Shown: piece after piece, positions 1 to 9,816 of the stretch | Position numbering within the stretch: the stretch's first letter is position 1 | Layout: each line of letters begins with the position of its first letter | Assembly (NCBI GenBank): GCA_963768055.1 | Contig: CAVYGN010000002.1 | Coordinates: forward strand, 544,001 to 608,000 | Direction of reading: 5' to 3' | From: an uncultured Spirochaetota bacterium | GTDB lineage: Bacteria; Spirochaetota; Brevinematia; Brevinematales; JAOACQ01 | DNA length: 64,000 bases | The notes under the pieces: generated by a model | The model's database searches: none | What the model was told of the DNA's origin: nothing | Seen by the model: only the letters and a program-made list of their open reading frames with translations | Made by a program: the position numbers and the translations under genes

Positions 1-1719
1 AATCGAGGCATATTCAGCCGTGGGCGCCTTGATCTCGTCGCAATTGTTATAAAACCATCTTATATAATTTTCCACCATGGAAGATGTGTCGGCGTCCTTT
101 GTCAATCTTTCAGCCTGAAGAGTGAAATCAGTGTGGAAAACGCTTACGGATTTGACGTTAAGCATCTTAGAAATCAACAGCCCGGTAAGACCCATCGCGC
201 CTGGTGTCGAAATGTATATCTCGTCCGGGTCATATTTATAGACCTCTTGTAAAATGCGTAAAAACGAGGGTATCCTTACCAGTAGATTTTCATAATACGG
301 CATTTTAAACGAATAGATCGATTCGAATATCGCCGCATTGGGAGGCAGCTTATCATCCCTTTCATCATCGCACAGGCAGGTCATTAACTTCATGTTCTTC
401 CGGCTTACAATGCTTTGATGGGCAATTTTTTTTAAGACAACCGATACCCCGTTCATATCTATAAGCGTATCGGTGAACCATAGAATTTTTTTATCCGAAC
501 CTATTCCACCTGAGCCTTTCCCAAGAGATTCGGAAAGTTCCCGTGAAAGGTTGCGGTCGTTAAATAAATGCATAAACGCCGTTACAAAGGGTACCGACAG
601 GAAAATCCCCGGAAGTGAAATCGAGAAATCCCTGAACAGAGAGACTATATTACCCTTCAACAGGTCTTTTCTTATAGCTTCGATGCAGTATCTTATAAAA
701 TGGTCTGAAATCATTGCAAGTTTTTCATAAACCAGTGTTAAAGTGTCGTCAATATTGCTGTAATTATTGAATTTTAAATTCTTGATAAGATCGTCTATCA
801 TGTGGTAAGGCAAAATCTGTTTCTTTCTTTTCTTAAGATGCGAGAAGATCAATTTTCCTTTAAGGTCAAGCTCCTTTTTTTCAAAAATAAATTCAGTCAG
901 CTGGCTGAAGAAGTTATTTGCAATCGCCCTGCTTTTTGTTTTCGAAAACTCGAAAGCTATCTTATATATAGCGAAAACAAGCGCATGAAAATTATTATGC
1001 CTGCCGCCGGACAATGTTTTTTTTAATCTCAACTGGTTTAAAAACTCATCCGCTGTTTCGGCCTCGGCACTGGTATAGGTTTTGCCAATGAATAATCCGG
1101 CATGATCGTCGGATCCGCCGGTAAAACCTTTGATCCATGGATCCCGGCTGTATGGTTCGATTTTATGCTTTTCATATATGATATCTATGTCCGCTTTCGT
1201 CAACGATGTTAAAAGTCCCGACCAGTCTAAATTCATGCGTTTATTTCTAGCACCATTCTGGACTTCGAAAACATCGAAAAGGAGGATCAGTTTTTCAAGG
1301 TGTTCCTGCTTAAGTTTCCTGTTTACCGAATAATTCGCATGGGCTACTGAATATGCCAGGTTCTCTTTTTGAATATAATCCCTGAGCCTGTAAATATCCT
1401 GCCTGATGTTATTTATCTCTTCATACTGGGCCTGGTTCATCCCGTAGATCAATATATGAATTTTACATCCGTCTTCGGGAAAATACGTGGTTGCCTCCAT
1501 TCCAATTATTATTTCATTGGGATGCTTCGCTTTTAACTGAAAGGATCCTTCCACCGCATTATGATCCGTAATGGTTATAAAATTCATCCCGTTCTCCTTA
1601 GCCTTCGCGTAAATGGCCGCAGGCTCCGTGTATGATTCCGCAGCCCCTATCCTCTGAAGGAACCATTCGGAAGGATGTTTCGAGAATTTGGAATGAACAT
1701 GTAAATCTGCTTTGGACAT
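1..1719 (-). CDS. PHP-domain / glycosyltransferase family 4 fusion protein (runs off the left edge of the window)
   Basis: Translated by hand from the ATG at 1719: MSKADLHVHSKFSKHPSEWFLQRIG...ITDHN and FTGGSDDHAG (PHP motifs), later ILWFTDTLIDMNGVS (GT4 N-terminus). No stop in the lines read; absent from the ORF track because it is truncated. Confidence 0.8.
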   Translation of the reverse strand, partial: MSKADLHVHSKFSKHPSEWFLQRIGAAESYTEPAAIYAKAKENGMNFITITDHNAVEGSFQLKAKHPNEIIIGMEATTYFPEDGCKIHILIYGMNQAQYEEINNIRQDIYRLRDYIQKENLAYSVAHANYSVNRKLKQEHLEKLILLFDVFEVQNGARNKRMNLDWSGLLTSLTKADIDIIYEKHKIEPYSRDPWIKGFTGGSDDHAGLFIGKTYTSAEAETADEFLNQLRLKKTLSGGRHNNFHALVFAIYKIAFEFSKTKSRAIANNFFSQLTEFIFEKKELDLKGKLIFSHLKKRKKQILPYHMIDDLIKNLKFNNYSNIDDTLTLVYEKLAMISDHFIRYCIEAIRKDLLKGNIVSLFRDFSISLPGIFLSVPFVTAFMHLFNDRNLSRELSESLGKGSGGIGSDKKILWFTDTLIDMNGVSVVLKKIAHQSIVSRKNMKLMTCLCDDERDDKLPPNAAIFESIYSFKMPYYENLLVRIPSFLRILQEVYKYDPDEIYISTPGAMGLTGLLISKMLNVKSVSVFHTDFTLQAERLTKDADTSSMVENYIRWFYNNCDEIKAPTAEYASI

Positions 1720-1811
1720 AGCAACCCCTTCACCTTTTACTGTTTATTTCATTATATATTTTAGATTTGGAATGTTAAGCTACGATGAATTTTGAGATAA
1801 TTTTAGATGAA

Positions 1812-2156
1812 GGGGGCCGATTCGATCAATATGCATATCTGTTATGAAGTAAATTTTTTGCACCTGGATTCGATAGCTTGAGTTGCTAAGACTCAATACG
1901 GCTACAAGCGCTGATGGTATGCTTTTTAATAAAGAATTTTATATTTGTACTATATGAATTGATTAAATACAATGAGAGACGATGTTTAAGCGCTTGCTTT
2001 ACGCCGTTTTTCGTCTTGCAACTCTACGCTATCTTCATAAGGAGTGCAAAAAATTTACTTCAAGCAGCTTAGCTTATTGCTTAAAAATCTTCCATCCTTC
2101 CCACTGATTTCAAAACATTATGCTGTTTTTTGCGGGATGTTGTTTGAACAGGCTCT
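1812..2156. repeat. Rod-like hairpin repeat element, copy A
   Basis: Perfect 19-bp inverted repeat TGAAGTAAATTTTTTGCAC (1845-1863) / GTGCAAAAAATTTACTTCA (2044-2062) with nested inner stems; homologous copies at 34.5 and 57.3 kb. Confidence 0.8.
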
Positions 2157-2191
2157 AAATAGCCTCCTTTTCAGGAAATTTTTTACTTTTA

Positions 2192-2220
2192 TTGACCTAT
2201 TGCATCGTTTTTTATAGAAT
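2192..2220 (+). promoter_or_regulatory. Putative sigma70 promoter of purE
   Basis: TTGACC-N17-TAGAAT. Confidence 0.5.
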
Positions 2221-2295
2221 ATAACTGGTGTTATTCGCTAATTTGATGAACGTCGCAAGAACTGATATTGGAAAAAATAAGGTAAGGAGCAGGTT

Positions 2296-2796
2296 ATGGA
2301 TAAAGCTATGGTAGGCATAATAATGGGCAGCGATTCGGACCTGCCGGTCATGAGGGAAAGCGCAGAAATGCTTGAATATTTCGGCATTCCTTTTGAAATA
2401 ACAGTCATATCGGCGCACAGGACCCCTGAAAGGGCATTTGAATACGCGGGTTCAGCTGAAGCCAGGGGCCTGTCGGTAATAATCGCAGGAGCTGGCGGAT
2501 CGGCCCATCTCCCGGGGATTATTGCGGCTCTTACACCCATACCCGTGATAGGAGTACCCATCATGTCTAAAAGTCTCTCCGGAATGGACTCGCTGTTATC
2601 TATCGTGCAGATGCCCAGGGGAATACCCGTCGCGACAATGGCGGTTAACGGCGCCGCTAACGCTGGAATACTCGCCGTACAAATACTCGGCGTCGGAAAT
2701 GAAATTATTCGCGCCGGAATAAGGGAATACAAGAATAAATTAAAAGAAGAAACGGCCGGAAAGGCAAAAAAGGTCGAGGAAAGCTCCGGGGGTTAA
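2296..2796 (+). CDS. purE: N5-carboxyaminoimidazole ribonucleotide mutase
   Basis: [31 protein letters not shown] and [13 protein letters not shown] motifs. Confidence 0.97.
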   Translation: MDKAMVGIIMGSDSDLPVMRESAEMLEYFGIPFEITVISAHRTPERAFEYAGSAEARGLSVIIAGAGGSAHLPGIIAALTPIPVIGVPIMSKSLSGMDSLLSIVQMPRGIPVATMAVNGAANAGILAVQILGVGNEIIRAGIREYKNKLKEETAGKAKKVEESSGG

Positions 2797-2800
2797 CTAA

Positions 2801-3997
2801 TTGTTTAAAACCATTATAAATAGATTTACCAGCCTCCCCAGGGATTTTTTATTATTTATCTTCGCCATTTCGGTATTCAGCTTCGCACAGGGCATTGTCG
2901 ATTCAACTCTTAATAATTTTCTATATGAGACATTCAAAATATCATTTTTCCAGAGGGGCATGATCGAACTGCCCAGGGAAACGCCTGGATTTCTCGTCGT
3001 ATTTTTATCCGCCCTCCTGTTTTTTTTATGCAACAGGAGGCTTGCAGCCCTTGCAAACCTGATCGCCGGCCTTGGTATATTGTTAATCGGTTATTTTACC
3101 CGCAGTTTCAACTCCATGCTTGTTTTTTTATTTATCTTCAGTGTGGGACAGCATATTTTCCTTCCCCTTAATTCCGGAATTGGAATGGAACTGGCCCTCG
3201 AGGGAAGAACGGGAAGACGTCTCGGGCAGCTTAACGGCGCGGGAAATCTGTTCGGCATATTCGGAAGTTTCGTTATTTTTATCGGTTTCAAATATTTTCA
3301 TTTCGATTTCAAGGTTTCATTTCTAATCGCATCCATCGGTTTTATATGCGCCGGATCCTTCATCTATTTGATGAAGCGGAATAAACCCCTTCCGGTAAAA
3401 ACAAAATTCAGGCTGAGAAAGGAATATACGCTATTTTACTGGCTTAATATATTATACGGAACCAGAAAACAGATATTCCTTACATTCGCGCCCTGGGTCC
3501 TGGTATCGGTATTTTTCCAGAAAACATACGTCATCGGAATTTTACTTACTATAGGCGGCTTGATCGGCATCCTTTTTAAACCCTTGCTAGGCACCCTGAT
3601 CGACAGGCGCGGAGAAAGGTTCGTGCTTGCTGGAGAGGCGGTGATCCTGATTTTCGTGTGTTTTTTTTACGGGTTTTCAAAAATACTATTCAAACTTGAA
3701 ACCGCGATGTATATCTCTTTCGCCTGCTATGTTATCGACTATTTATTGATGTCCGTCACAATGGCAAGGGCCACATATCTGAAAAAGATAGCATTAAAAG
3801 AAGAAGACGTCTCCCAGACACTCACGATGGGAGTTTCAATTGATCATATGTTCTCGATCATCATAGCCGTATCGGGCGGGATAATCTGGCAATTCCTGGG
3901 CTACCAGTATATATTCCTGATCGGAAGCTGCATTGCGGCGATCAACCTCGTGTCGGTGCAGTTTATTAGGACAAAAGGTTATGAAATAACCGTTTAG
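2801..3997 (+). CDS. MFS transporter
   Basis: About 12 hydrophobic segments in 398 aa; GTLIDRRGER MFS loop motif. Confidence 0.85.
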   Translation: MFKTIINRFTSLPRDFLLFIFAISVFSFAQGIVDSTLNNFLYETFKISFFQRGMIELPRETPGFLVVFLSALLFFLCNRRLAALANLIAGLGILLIGYFTRSFNSMLVFLFIFSVGQHIFLPLNSGIGMELALEGRTGRRLGQLNGAGNLFGIFGSFVIFIGFKYFHFDFKVSFLIASIGFICAGSFIYLMKRNKPLPVKTKFRLRKEYTLFYWLNILYGTRKQIFLTFAPWVLVSVFFQKTYVIGILLTIGGLIGILFKPLLGTLIDRRGERFVLAGEAVILIFVCFFYGFSKILFKLETAMYISFACYVIDYLLMSVTMARATYLKKIALKEEDVSQTLTMGVSIDHMFSIIIAVSGGIIWQFLGYQYIFLIGSCIAAINLVSVQFIRTKGYEITV

Positions 3998-4065
3998 GGA
4001 TCACCACAGAGGCGCAAAGATCGCAAAGAGGAACAGAACGCAAAGTGTGCGGAGGTCGCAAAAAA
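3998..4065 (+). repeat. Left CGCAAAG-type periodic repeat flanking the dGTPase cassette
   Basis: GGATCACCACAGAGGCGCAAAGATCGCAAAG...CGCAAAG...CGCAAA; an inverted counterpart lies at 8797-8861. Confidence 0.75.
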
Positions 4066-4209
4066 TTTCAAGACTTCGAAATAAAATCCTTATCGCTTGA
4101 ATATTTTTTTCATTTTCTTTATTATATTTTAATATTTTGTTAATTTGTTTATACTAAATCACAGTCAACTATAGCAATTAGAATAGAATGAATGTAATAG
4201 GAGAAAACA

Positions 4210-5646
4210 ATGTATGAAAATTTATTTAAAGAAACAAGATTAAGAGAACCAAATAATTTGCGAGATCCAACAACAATTCATGATATATTTTTTGAAGAAA
4301 CCGAAAGTGACCGTGTTAGAATACTCTATTCAAGTCCATTCAGACATTTACAAAATAAAGCTCAGGTTTTTTCGCTTGAAGATAATCCTGACGTTCGTTC
4401 AAGGTTAACACATTCTTTAGAAGTCTAAAACATTGGAAGAAAGATTGCTTTAAAAGTGACTAACAAATTAATGGATAATAAATATTTGATTCCTTTTGTA
4501 AATATAGTAGAAAATTCATGTTTAATACATGATATTGGAAATCCTCCCTTCGGTCACTTTGGTGAAACCGCAATAAAAAAATGGTTTGAAGATAACTGGG
4601 GAAAATATGACATTCCATTGAATTCAGAGGAATTAACTTATTTTAAAAACAAAAATTTCTTAAATGATTTTCTATATTTTGATGGTAATCCTCAAGGAAT
4701 GAGAATAGTAATTCATTTACAAGAAGCATATCCAAATCATGATGATTTAGGATTTAATTTAACTTGCACACAATTATTAGCATCTCTTAAATATTTACGA
4801 TCAACAGATGAAGAATTTGAAGATAAAAAAATTTAAAAAAATATGGTTATTTTATAACCGAAAAAGAAAAAATTGATTTGGCAAGGAAAAAATTGAATTT
4901 CGGATCTGATAGGCGTTTTCCATTATCATATATAATAGAGGCTGCTGATGATATTTCTTACTGCTTGAGTGATATTGAAGATGGTATTGAAAAAGATCTT
5001 GTGAATTTTGAAGCTTTTTATAACCTTTTGTTAAAAACAGAGAATACTGAAATTTTGAAAGAGCTTAATGTTTATGAGAATCTTAATAAAAAAACTTAGT
5101 AATCCTGAGAAATTTTTTAATTTCAAAACATCTTTAGTTAAATCTTTAATAGAAAATTCAGCAAATCTATATTATCATAATCATGAAGAATTTTATAACG
5201 GCAAAAGACCGAATTTTTTTGAAGAAAGTTCTTGTGAATCAAAGATTCTTGATTTATTAAAAAAATTTTCAAGAATTAATTTATTCAGATCACCAGAAGC
5301 GGAAAATAAAGAATTAGCCGGACATAAAATTATTTCCGGAATTCTTGCTGCATATAAACCTTTACTAAGTATGAAATACAATGATTTTAAAATTTTGAAC
5401 GATGCAAAAATAAAATCAGAAGTGATTGGCAAAAAAGGATTGGATTATGAGTGGCGCCTATTTAATAAATTACCCGCAAAATATCTCTCGGCTTATGAGA
5501 AAAATGTTGATCAAAACATTAGTATGGAAGGAAAGCATGCATTAGAATTGTTTTTAAGAGCACATCTTATTGTTGATTATATAGCAGGAATGACTGACAA
5601 TAAAGCCTTAGAAATTTATCATTTACTTCAAGGAGTTGACTTTTAA
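4210..5646 (+). pseudogene. dgt: dGTP triphosphohydrolase (HD-family dGTPase), disrupted
   Basis: Four ORF pieces join into one protein of about 477 aa carrying FRHLQNKAQVF, RSRLTHSLEV, HDIGNPPFGHFGE, FDGNPQG, EAADDISY..DIEDG and DYIAGMTD. There is an in-frame TAA at 4426-4428 and frameshifts in A-tracts near 4825-4841 and 5088-5094. Confidence 0.9.
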
Positions 5647-5888
5647 TGGACTCTTACAATACTCATCCTATCACCTTGCTTATTGAATATATAAAAAACT
5701 TTTCTTTACAGCAAGCAGATTTTGAATTTAGTTGTTATATTGGTGGTGAGAGGAAAACAATAAAAAGAAGAATATTTAATTTAAAAGGTGTCGAGGACCG
5801 GGTAGATTCCCCAGTGGCAGGGCCATGAGATTCCCCACCTTTTCCTGAAAAATACCGTTCTTGATTTTAGAGAGAAATCATAAAACTT

Positions 5889-6635
5889 TCAAATAGTTTT
5901 CCCTTCCTTCCGGAAAGATTTTCCATCTTTGGATTTTACCAGGATTTTAATTGAGCCTGAAACAAGGCGGTCAAGCATAGCCCCTCCAATCACAGGATCA
6001 GGGAAGATTGCCAGCCAGTCCTCCGGAGGCCGGTTGCTTGTCAGAATAATGGACCTGTTTCCAAGCCTTTCATCGACAATCCGGTATAGGTATTCCGTTT
6101 CTTCATTGTCGAGTTTTTTAAATCCGAAATCGTCTATTATCAGGAGGTCTGTTTTAATACACTTTCTGAATAGAGTATTCTTAAACATAAGCTTTTCGCT
6201 TTTCAAGTCTTCAAGAAGAACCGCGGCTTTCTTGAAAAGAACTGTGTTTCCTCTTCTGCAGGCCTCATGGCCGACTGATTTTGCAATGCATGTTTTACCT
6301 ATGCCGGGAGGCCCGGCGATGACAACAAACTGTCTCATATCCATGAAACGGCAGGACGCGATTTCACGAATAAGCCTTGAAGGGATAGCGCTCTCATTGA
6401 AATTAAAATCAAACCCCTCGAAAGTGTTTTCCTGGCCGAACTTCGCTTCTCTCAGCCTCTTTTTGAGCATGTTATTATCCCTCTGGCATAATTCATCCTG
6501 AACTAACAAAGAGAAAAATTCTCCATAGTCCAGGTTTGATTCTTGAGCCTCCCTGATCCGCATAGGAAGGTTGAATAGCATCCCAGGAAGCTTTAACCTC
6601 CTTAAGTTTGCCTCAAGCTGATTCTGATGTTCCAT
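5889..6635 (-). CDS. istB: IS21 helper AAA+ ATPase
   Basis: Walker A GPPGIGKT, Walker B LLIIDDFG, TSNRPPEDW, AMLDRL. Confidence 0.95.
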   Translation of the reverse strand: MEHQNQLEANLRRLKLPGMLFNLPMRIREAQESNLDYGEFFSLLVQDELCQRDNNMLKKRLREAKFGQENTFEGFDFNFNESAIPSRLIREIASCRFMDMRQFVVIAGPPGIGKTCIAKSVGHEACRRGNTVLFKKAAVLLEDLKSEKLMFKNTLFRKCIKTDLLIIDDFGFKKLDNEETEYLYRIVDERLGNRSIILTSNRPPEDWLAIFPDPVIGGAMLDRLVSGSIKILVKSKDGKSFRKEGKTI

Positions 6636-6653
6636 ATTTCCTCCTCATTATCT

Positions 6654-8195
6654 CTATTGAAAGTAATAGCTGCCGTCCCTGGTCATTTCAGACCCTTCTT
6701 CTGAAATTTCAAACAGGGTGTCCTGTTTATCCTTTCCTTCATTTTCCATCCAGCTTTTGAATAGTTTGGGATCGGTTATTTTTGCCGATATTGCTCTTTC
6801 ACAGACTTTATTAAAGTATTCTTCTTTCGAGAATGTTTCCATTACACTTAAGAACCCCAGGGCCCTCCGGCAATTCAGATTAGCATGAACAGCAAGGATT
6901 TGAAAGATCAACTGGTATGCGGCTTCTCCGTATTTCCTCGACTGGTCTAATAAATACTTGGGGTATCCCCCGGATAGCATCTCCCTTGTATTCTCCGGAA
7001 AATCAGTCTTTTCATATGCTGCATGTCCTCTTGGTACGACAAATTCCCGGATAAGTTTGTACTGGAAGAAGATCTTCACTAAATTGCCGGTTCTCCTGAC
7101 AAAGACTTCCTCTCCACGATACCTGGGAGGCAGGGAATACCTCTTTTTCTCGAACTGGACAAATTGGTCCGGGTGTACCTTGGCCTTTTTCCATACGGGA
7201 GTCTTAAACCTTTCTTCAGGAAGCTTCTTAAGCAGGGGCTTCTCTATCGTTTCAAATACCTCTATTGGTTTCAAACCTGTTGTTCCATGGTTCCTCATCC
7301 CGTATTCATACCTGCACCATTCCAGAGCTTTGATGTTTAATTCCTTTAACGAGGCTCCGGGATTAAGGGCTTTAAGTTTTCTGAAAAGCTCTCTGGCAAC
7401 AGGGACCATTCTCTCTATCTTGGCTTTATCCTTTGGTTTCCTTACCCTGCAAGGATCAAGAAAAGTATTGTAATACTCCGCATAATCAGCATATGCCTGA
7501 TTATATTTAGGATCGTAAAGGTCCGGTGATATGATGCCGGTTTTCAGATTGTCCAGGGATATTCTTACAGGCACACCGCCGTAAAACTCCAGCATATCCA
7601 CATTGCTTTCAACGAATGATTCCTGGTTTTGTGAATAGACATATTGAACAAATGGCAGCCTTGAACTCGACATTATTCCGATAAAAGACTGCACGATCTT
7701 GTTGTGCCCCAGGTATTCCATTGTGCCGGCCCTGCCGTAGTCAAGCTGGATCTCCTGACCAGGGTTAGTTTCAATCCGGATGGTTTCCTTTAATTCTTTA
7801 GCTGTAAGGCCGCTCTTTATCGAGAATCTCTTGAAACTTGTATAGCTTATGTCCAGATTATGCCTTATACAGACAACTTCAAAGGCTGTCTTGGGTTTCA
7901 TTCCGTTTTTCGGGTCATTTATGAGCCCGTACAGCTCATCTTTATATCGTTCAAGTATGCTTGCCTTATTTTCATTTTTTGGAGGCCCTACAAAGGGGCG
8001 TTTCAGATGGAATTCTTCCCGGCTTATTGTTTCTCCCGCCTTTTCAAAGCCGTAATCGATAATTTTTTGAATCGCTAGTCGGACTGTTTTCCTATCCCTG
8101 TTTTCCTGTTCGGAAATTTCACTTATGCTTTGATCGGCTTTCCATCGTCTGTAAATGTCATAGTAATCCTGTTCGTTCATAAATCTGTACCCCAT
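6654..8195 (-). CDS. istA: IS21 DDE transposase
   Basis: N-terminal HTH, ETNPGQEIQLDYG, GGVP..ISLDNLKT, PKDKAKIER, YSLP. Confidence 0.95.
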   Translation of the reverse strand: MGYRFMNEQDYYDIYRRWKADQSISEISEQENRDRKTVRLAIQKIIDYGFEKAGETISREEFHLKRPFVGPPKNENKASILERYKDELYGLINDPKNGMKPKTAFEVVCIRHNLDISYTSFKRFSIKSGLTAKELKETIRIETNPGQEIQLDYGRAGTMEYLGHNKIVQSFIGIMSSSRLPFVQYVYSQNQESFVESNVDMLEFYGGVPVRISLDNLKTGIISPDLYDPKYNQAYADYAEYYNTFLDPCRVRKPKDKAKIERMVPVARELFRKLKALNPGASLKELNIKALEWCRYEYGMRNHGTTGLKPIEVFETIEKPLLKKLPEERFKTPVWKKAKVHPDQFVQFEKKRYSLPPRYRGEEVFVRRTGNLVKIFFQYKLIREFVVPRGHAAYEKTDFPENTREMLSGGYPKYLLDQSRKYGEAAYQLIFQILAVHANLNCRRALGFLSVMETFSKEEYFNKVCERAISAKITDPKLFKSWMENEGKDKQDTLFEISEEGSEMTRDGSYYFQ

Positions 8196-8796
8196 CCATT
8201 CCCCTCCGGTTTTTTCCGGAGAGTATGTTTGATTTTTTAGATTCTGAACAGGAAAAGGTGGGTGGGGAATCTCATGGCCCTATTTTGCCTTTTTACTGGG
8301 GAATCTGGGTGGCCCCGGACAAAAAGGAGAACAAATCAATATTCGTTGGCTTAAAACCATATTAAATTCGTTAGAAAAAAATGAGGAATTGGCCTTTCAT
8401 TCCTGTATATTAAAAGATAATGAATATTTATTTTTTCCTCTGATTGATTTTTGGGGGGAAGATTTTTTGAATGCAATAAAAGATCTAAAATTAAATCCGG
8501 AATTATTACATTTATATAAATCAGGTAGGTCTTATCATGGTTATTATTATAAACTTCTCAATAAAAATGATTGGGAAAAATTTTTAGGAAAACTTCTTTT
8601 ATTTAATCCTTTCGACTATAAACTTGAGCCATATGTGGATTTTAGATGGGTTGGGTATTCTTTGGAAAATGGTTATAGCGCTTTAAGGTGGAATAATAAT
8701 TCTTCAAGATATATTTCATATCCATTTTTATTTAATTTTAAAAATTTTTAACATTTTAAACTAAATAGTGAGGACATGTTTTTAAACAAACACACC

Positions 8797-8861
8797 ACTG
8801 CGGTCTTTGCATTCTTTGCGCCTTTATCCACACTGTGCACTTTGCGTCTTTGCGGTGATCC
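8797..8861 (-). repeat. Right (inverted) CGCAAAG-type periodic repeat flanking the dGTPase cassette
   Basis: The reverse complement of 8840-8861, GGATCACCGCAAAGACGCAAAG, matches 3998-4019 at 19/22 positions. Confidence 0.75.
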
Positions 8862-8864
8862 TCG

Positions 8865-9803
8865 TCACCCCTTTTTTATCTCATCCTCAAAATAAGGGAT
8901 CGTGTTTTTCAAACCTTCTAAAAGCCGGATTTTCGGCTCCCAGCCTAGTTTTTCCCTGGCAAGGGTTATATCGGGCTTCCTCTTCATAGGGTCGTCGGAG
9001 AGCGATTTCATCCTCACTATTTTAGAGCGTGAATTGGTAAGTTCAAGGATTATTTTTGCCAGCTCGATAATCCTGAATTCCTCGGGGTTTCCAAGGTTTA
9101 CCGGACCGATGAAACCGTCATTGTTCATCATCTTTAAAAATCCGTCGATCAAATCGTCTACATAGCAGAAACTGCGGGTCTGTTCGCCGTCGCCGTAAAT
9201 AGTAAGGTCCTGATTTGTCAGCGCCCGAATAATAAAATTTGAAACCACCCTTCCGTCGTTCAAAAGCATCCTCGGCCCGTAAGTGTTGAATATCCTGACT
9301 ATCCTTATATCGATCTTATTCTGGCGATGATAATCCATGAAGAGGGACTCTGCAATCCTTTTTCCCTCGTCGTAACAGCTTCTGTAGCCGACTGGATTGA
9401 CATGCCCCCAGTAATTTTCCTTCTGCGGATGCTCAAGCGGATCGCCATAAACCTCGCTGGTCGAGGCCTGAAAAATCCTTGCGCATAGCCTCTTGGCCAG
9501 CCCGAGCATATTGTAAGCCCCCATGAAATTAGTTTTTATCGTTTTTATAGGATTTGCCTGGTAATGTACAGGCGATGCAGGGCAGGCAAGGTTAAAAATC
9601 CAGTCTACTTCCACAAGCAAAGGTTCGACTATATCGTGCCTTATAACCTCAAAATTTTTATTATCCATCAGGTGAACTATATTTCTGTTCCTCCCTGTAA
9701 AGAAGTTATCGGCGCATATAACATTATTGCCGGCCTGAAGCAGCTTTTCACATAGAAAACTGCCGAGAAATCCGGCGCCGCCAGTGACAAGAACATTCTT
9801 CAT
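8865..9803 (-). CDS. uxs: UDP-glucuronate decarboxylase (UDP-xylose synthase)
   Basis: [50 protein letters not shown]. Confidence 0.92.
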   Translation of the reverse strand: MKNVLVTGGAGFLGSFLCEKLLQAGNNVICADNFFTGRNRNIVHLMDNKNFEVIRHDIVEPLLVEVDWIFNLACPASPVHYQANPIKTIKTNFMGAYNMLGLAKRLCARIFQASTSEVYGDPLEHPQKENYWGHVNPVGYRSCYDEGKRIAESLFMDYHRQNKIDIRIVRIFNTYGPRMLLNDGRVVSNFIIRALTNQDLTIYGDGEQTRSFCYVDDLIDGFLKMMNNDGFIGPVNLGNPEEFRIIELAKIILELTNSRSKIVRMKSLSDDPMKRKPDITLAREKLGWEPKIRLLEGLKNTIPYFEDEIKKG

Positions 9804-9816
9804 TTCACTTCCCTGC

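Larger units (their letters stand above)
5789..8321 (-). mobile_element. IS21-family insertion sequence (2533 bp) with 6-bp target duplication AAAAGG
   Basis: TGTC...GACA ends; reiterated AGATTCCCCA / GGGCCATGAGATTCCCCACC boxes at both ends; AAAAGG at 5783-5788 and 8322-8327; istA and istB inside. Confidence 0.95.
5646..8751 (+). pseudogene. Small AEP (primase-polymerase)-like protein of about 188 aa, split by IS21 (pieces 5646-5788 and 8328-8751)
   Basis: Removing the IS and one AAAAGG restores ...RIFNLKG|EQINIRWLKTILNSLEKNEELAFHS...PLIDF...SGRSYHGY...VDFRWVGYSL...LRW in frame. The family assignment is from motif resemblance only. Confidence 0.7.

Noticed and set aside
473..1333. Short plus-strand ORFs (and the many other antisense ORFs in the track)
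   Set aside because: They are shadows of longer, motif-bearing genes on the opposite strand or in another frame.
1812..2080. Hairpin element as 6S RNA or a riboswitch
   Set aside because: It is multicopy, occurs in varied contexts and includes truncated copies, and I recognise no aptamer consensus. The cyclo-ligase gene often linked to 6S RNA has no intergenic space upstream here.
3998..4065. CRISPR array
   Set aside because: The units are 7-9 nt, degenerate and lack unique spacers; there are no cas genes in the window.
4820..5100. Programmed ribosomal frameshifting producing an active dGTPase
   Set aside because: It would need several shifts plus read-through of the TAA at 4426; decay is simpler.
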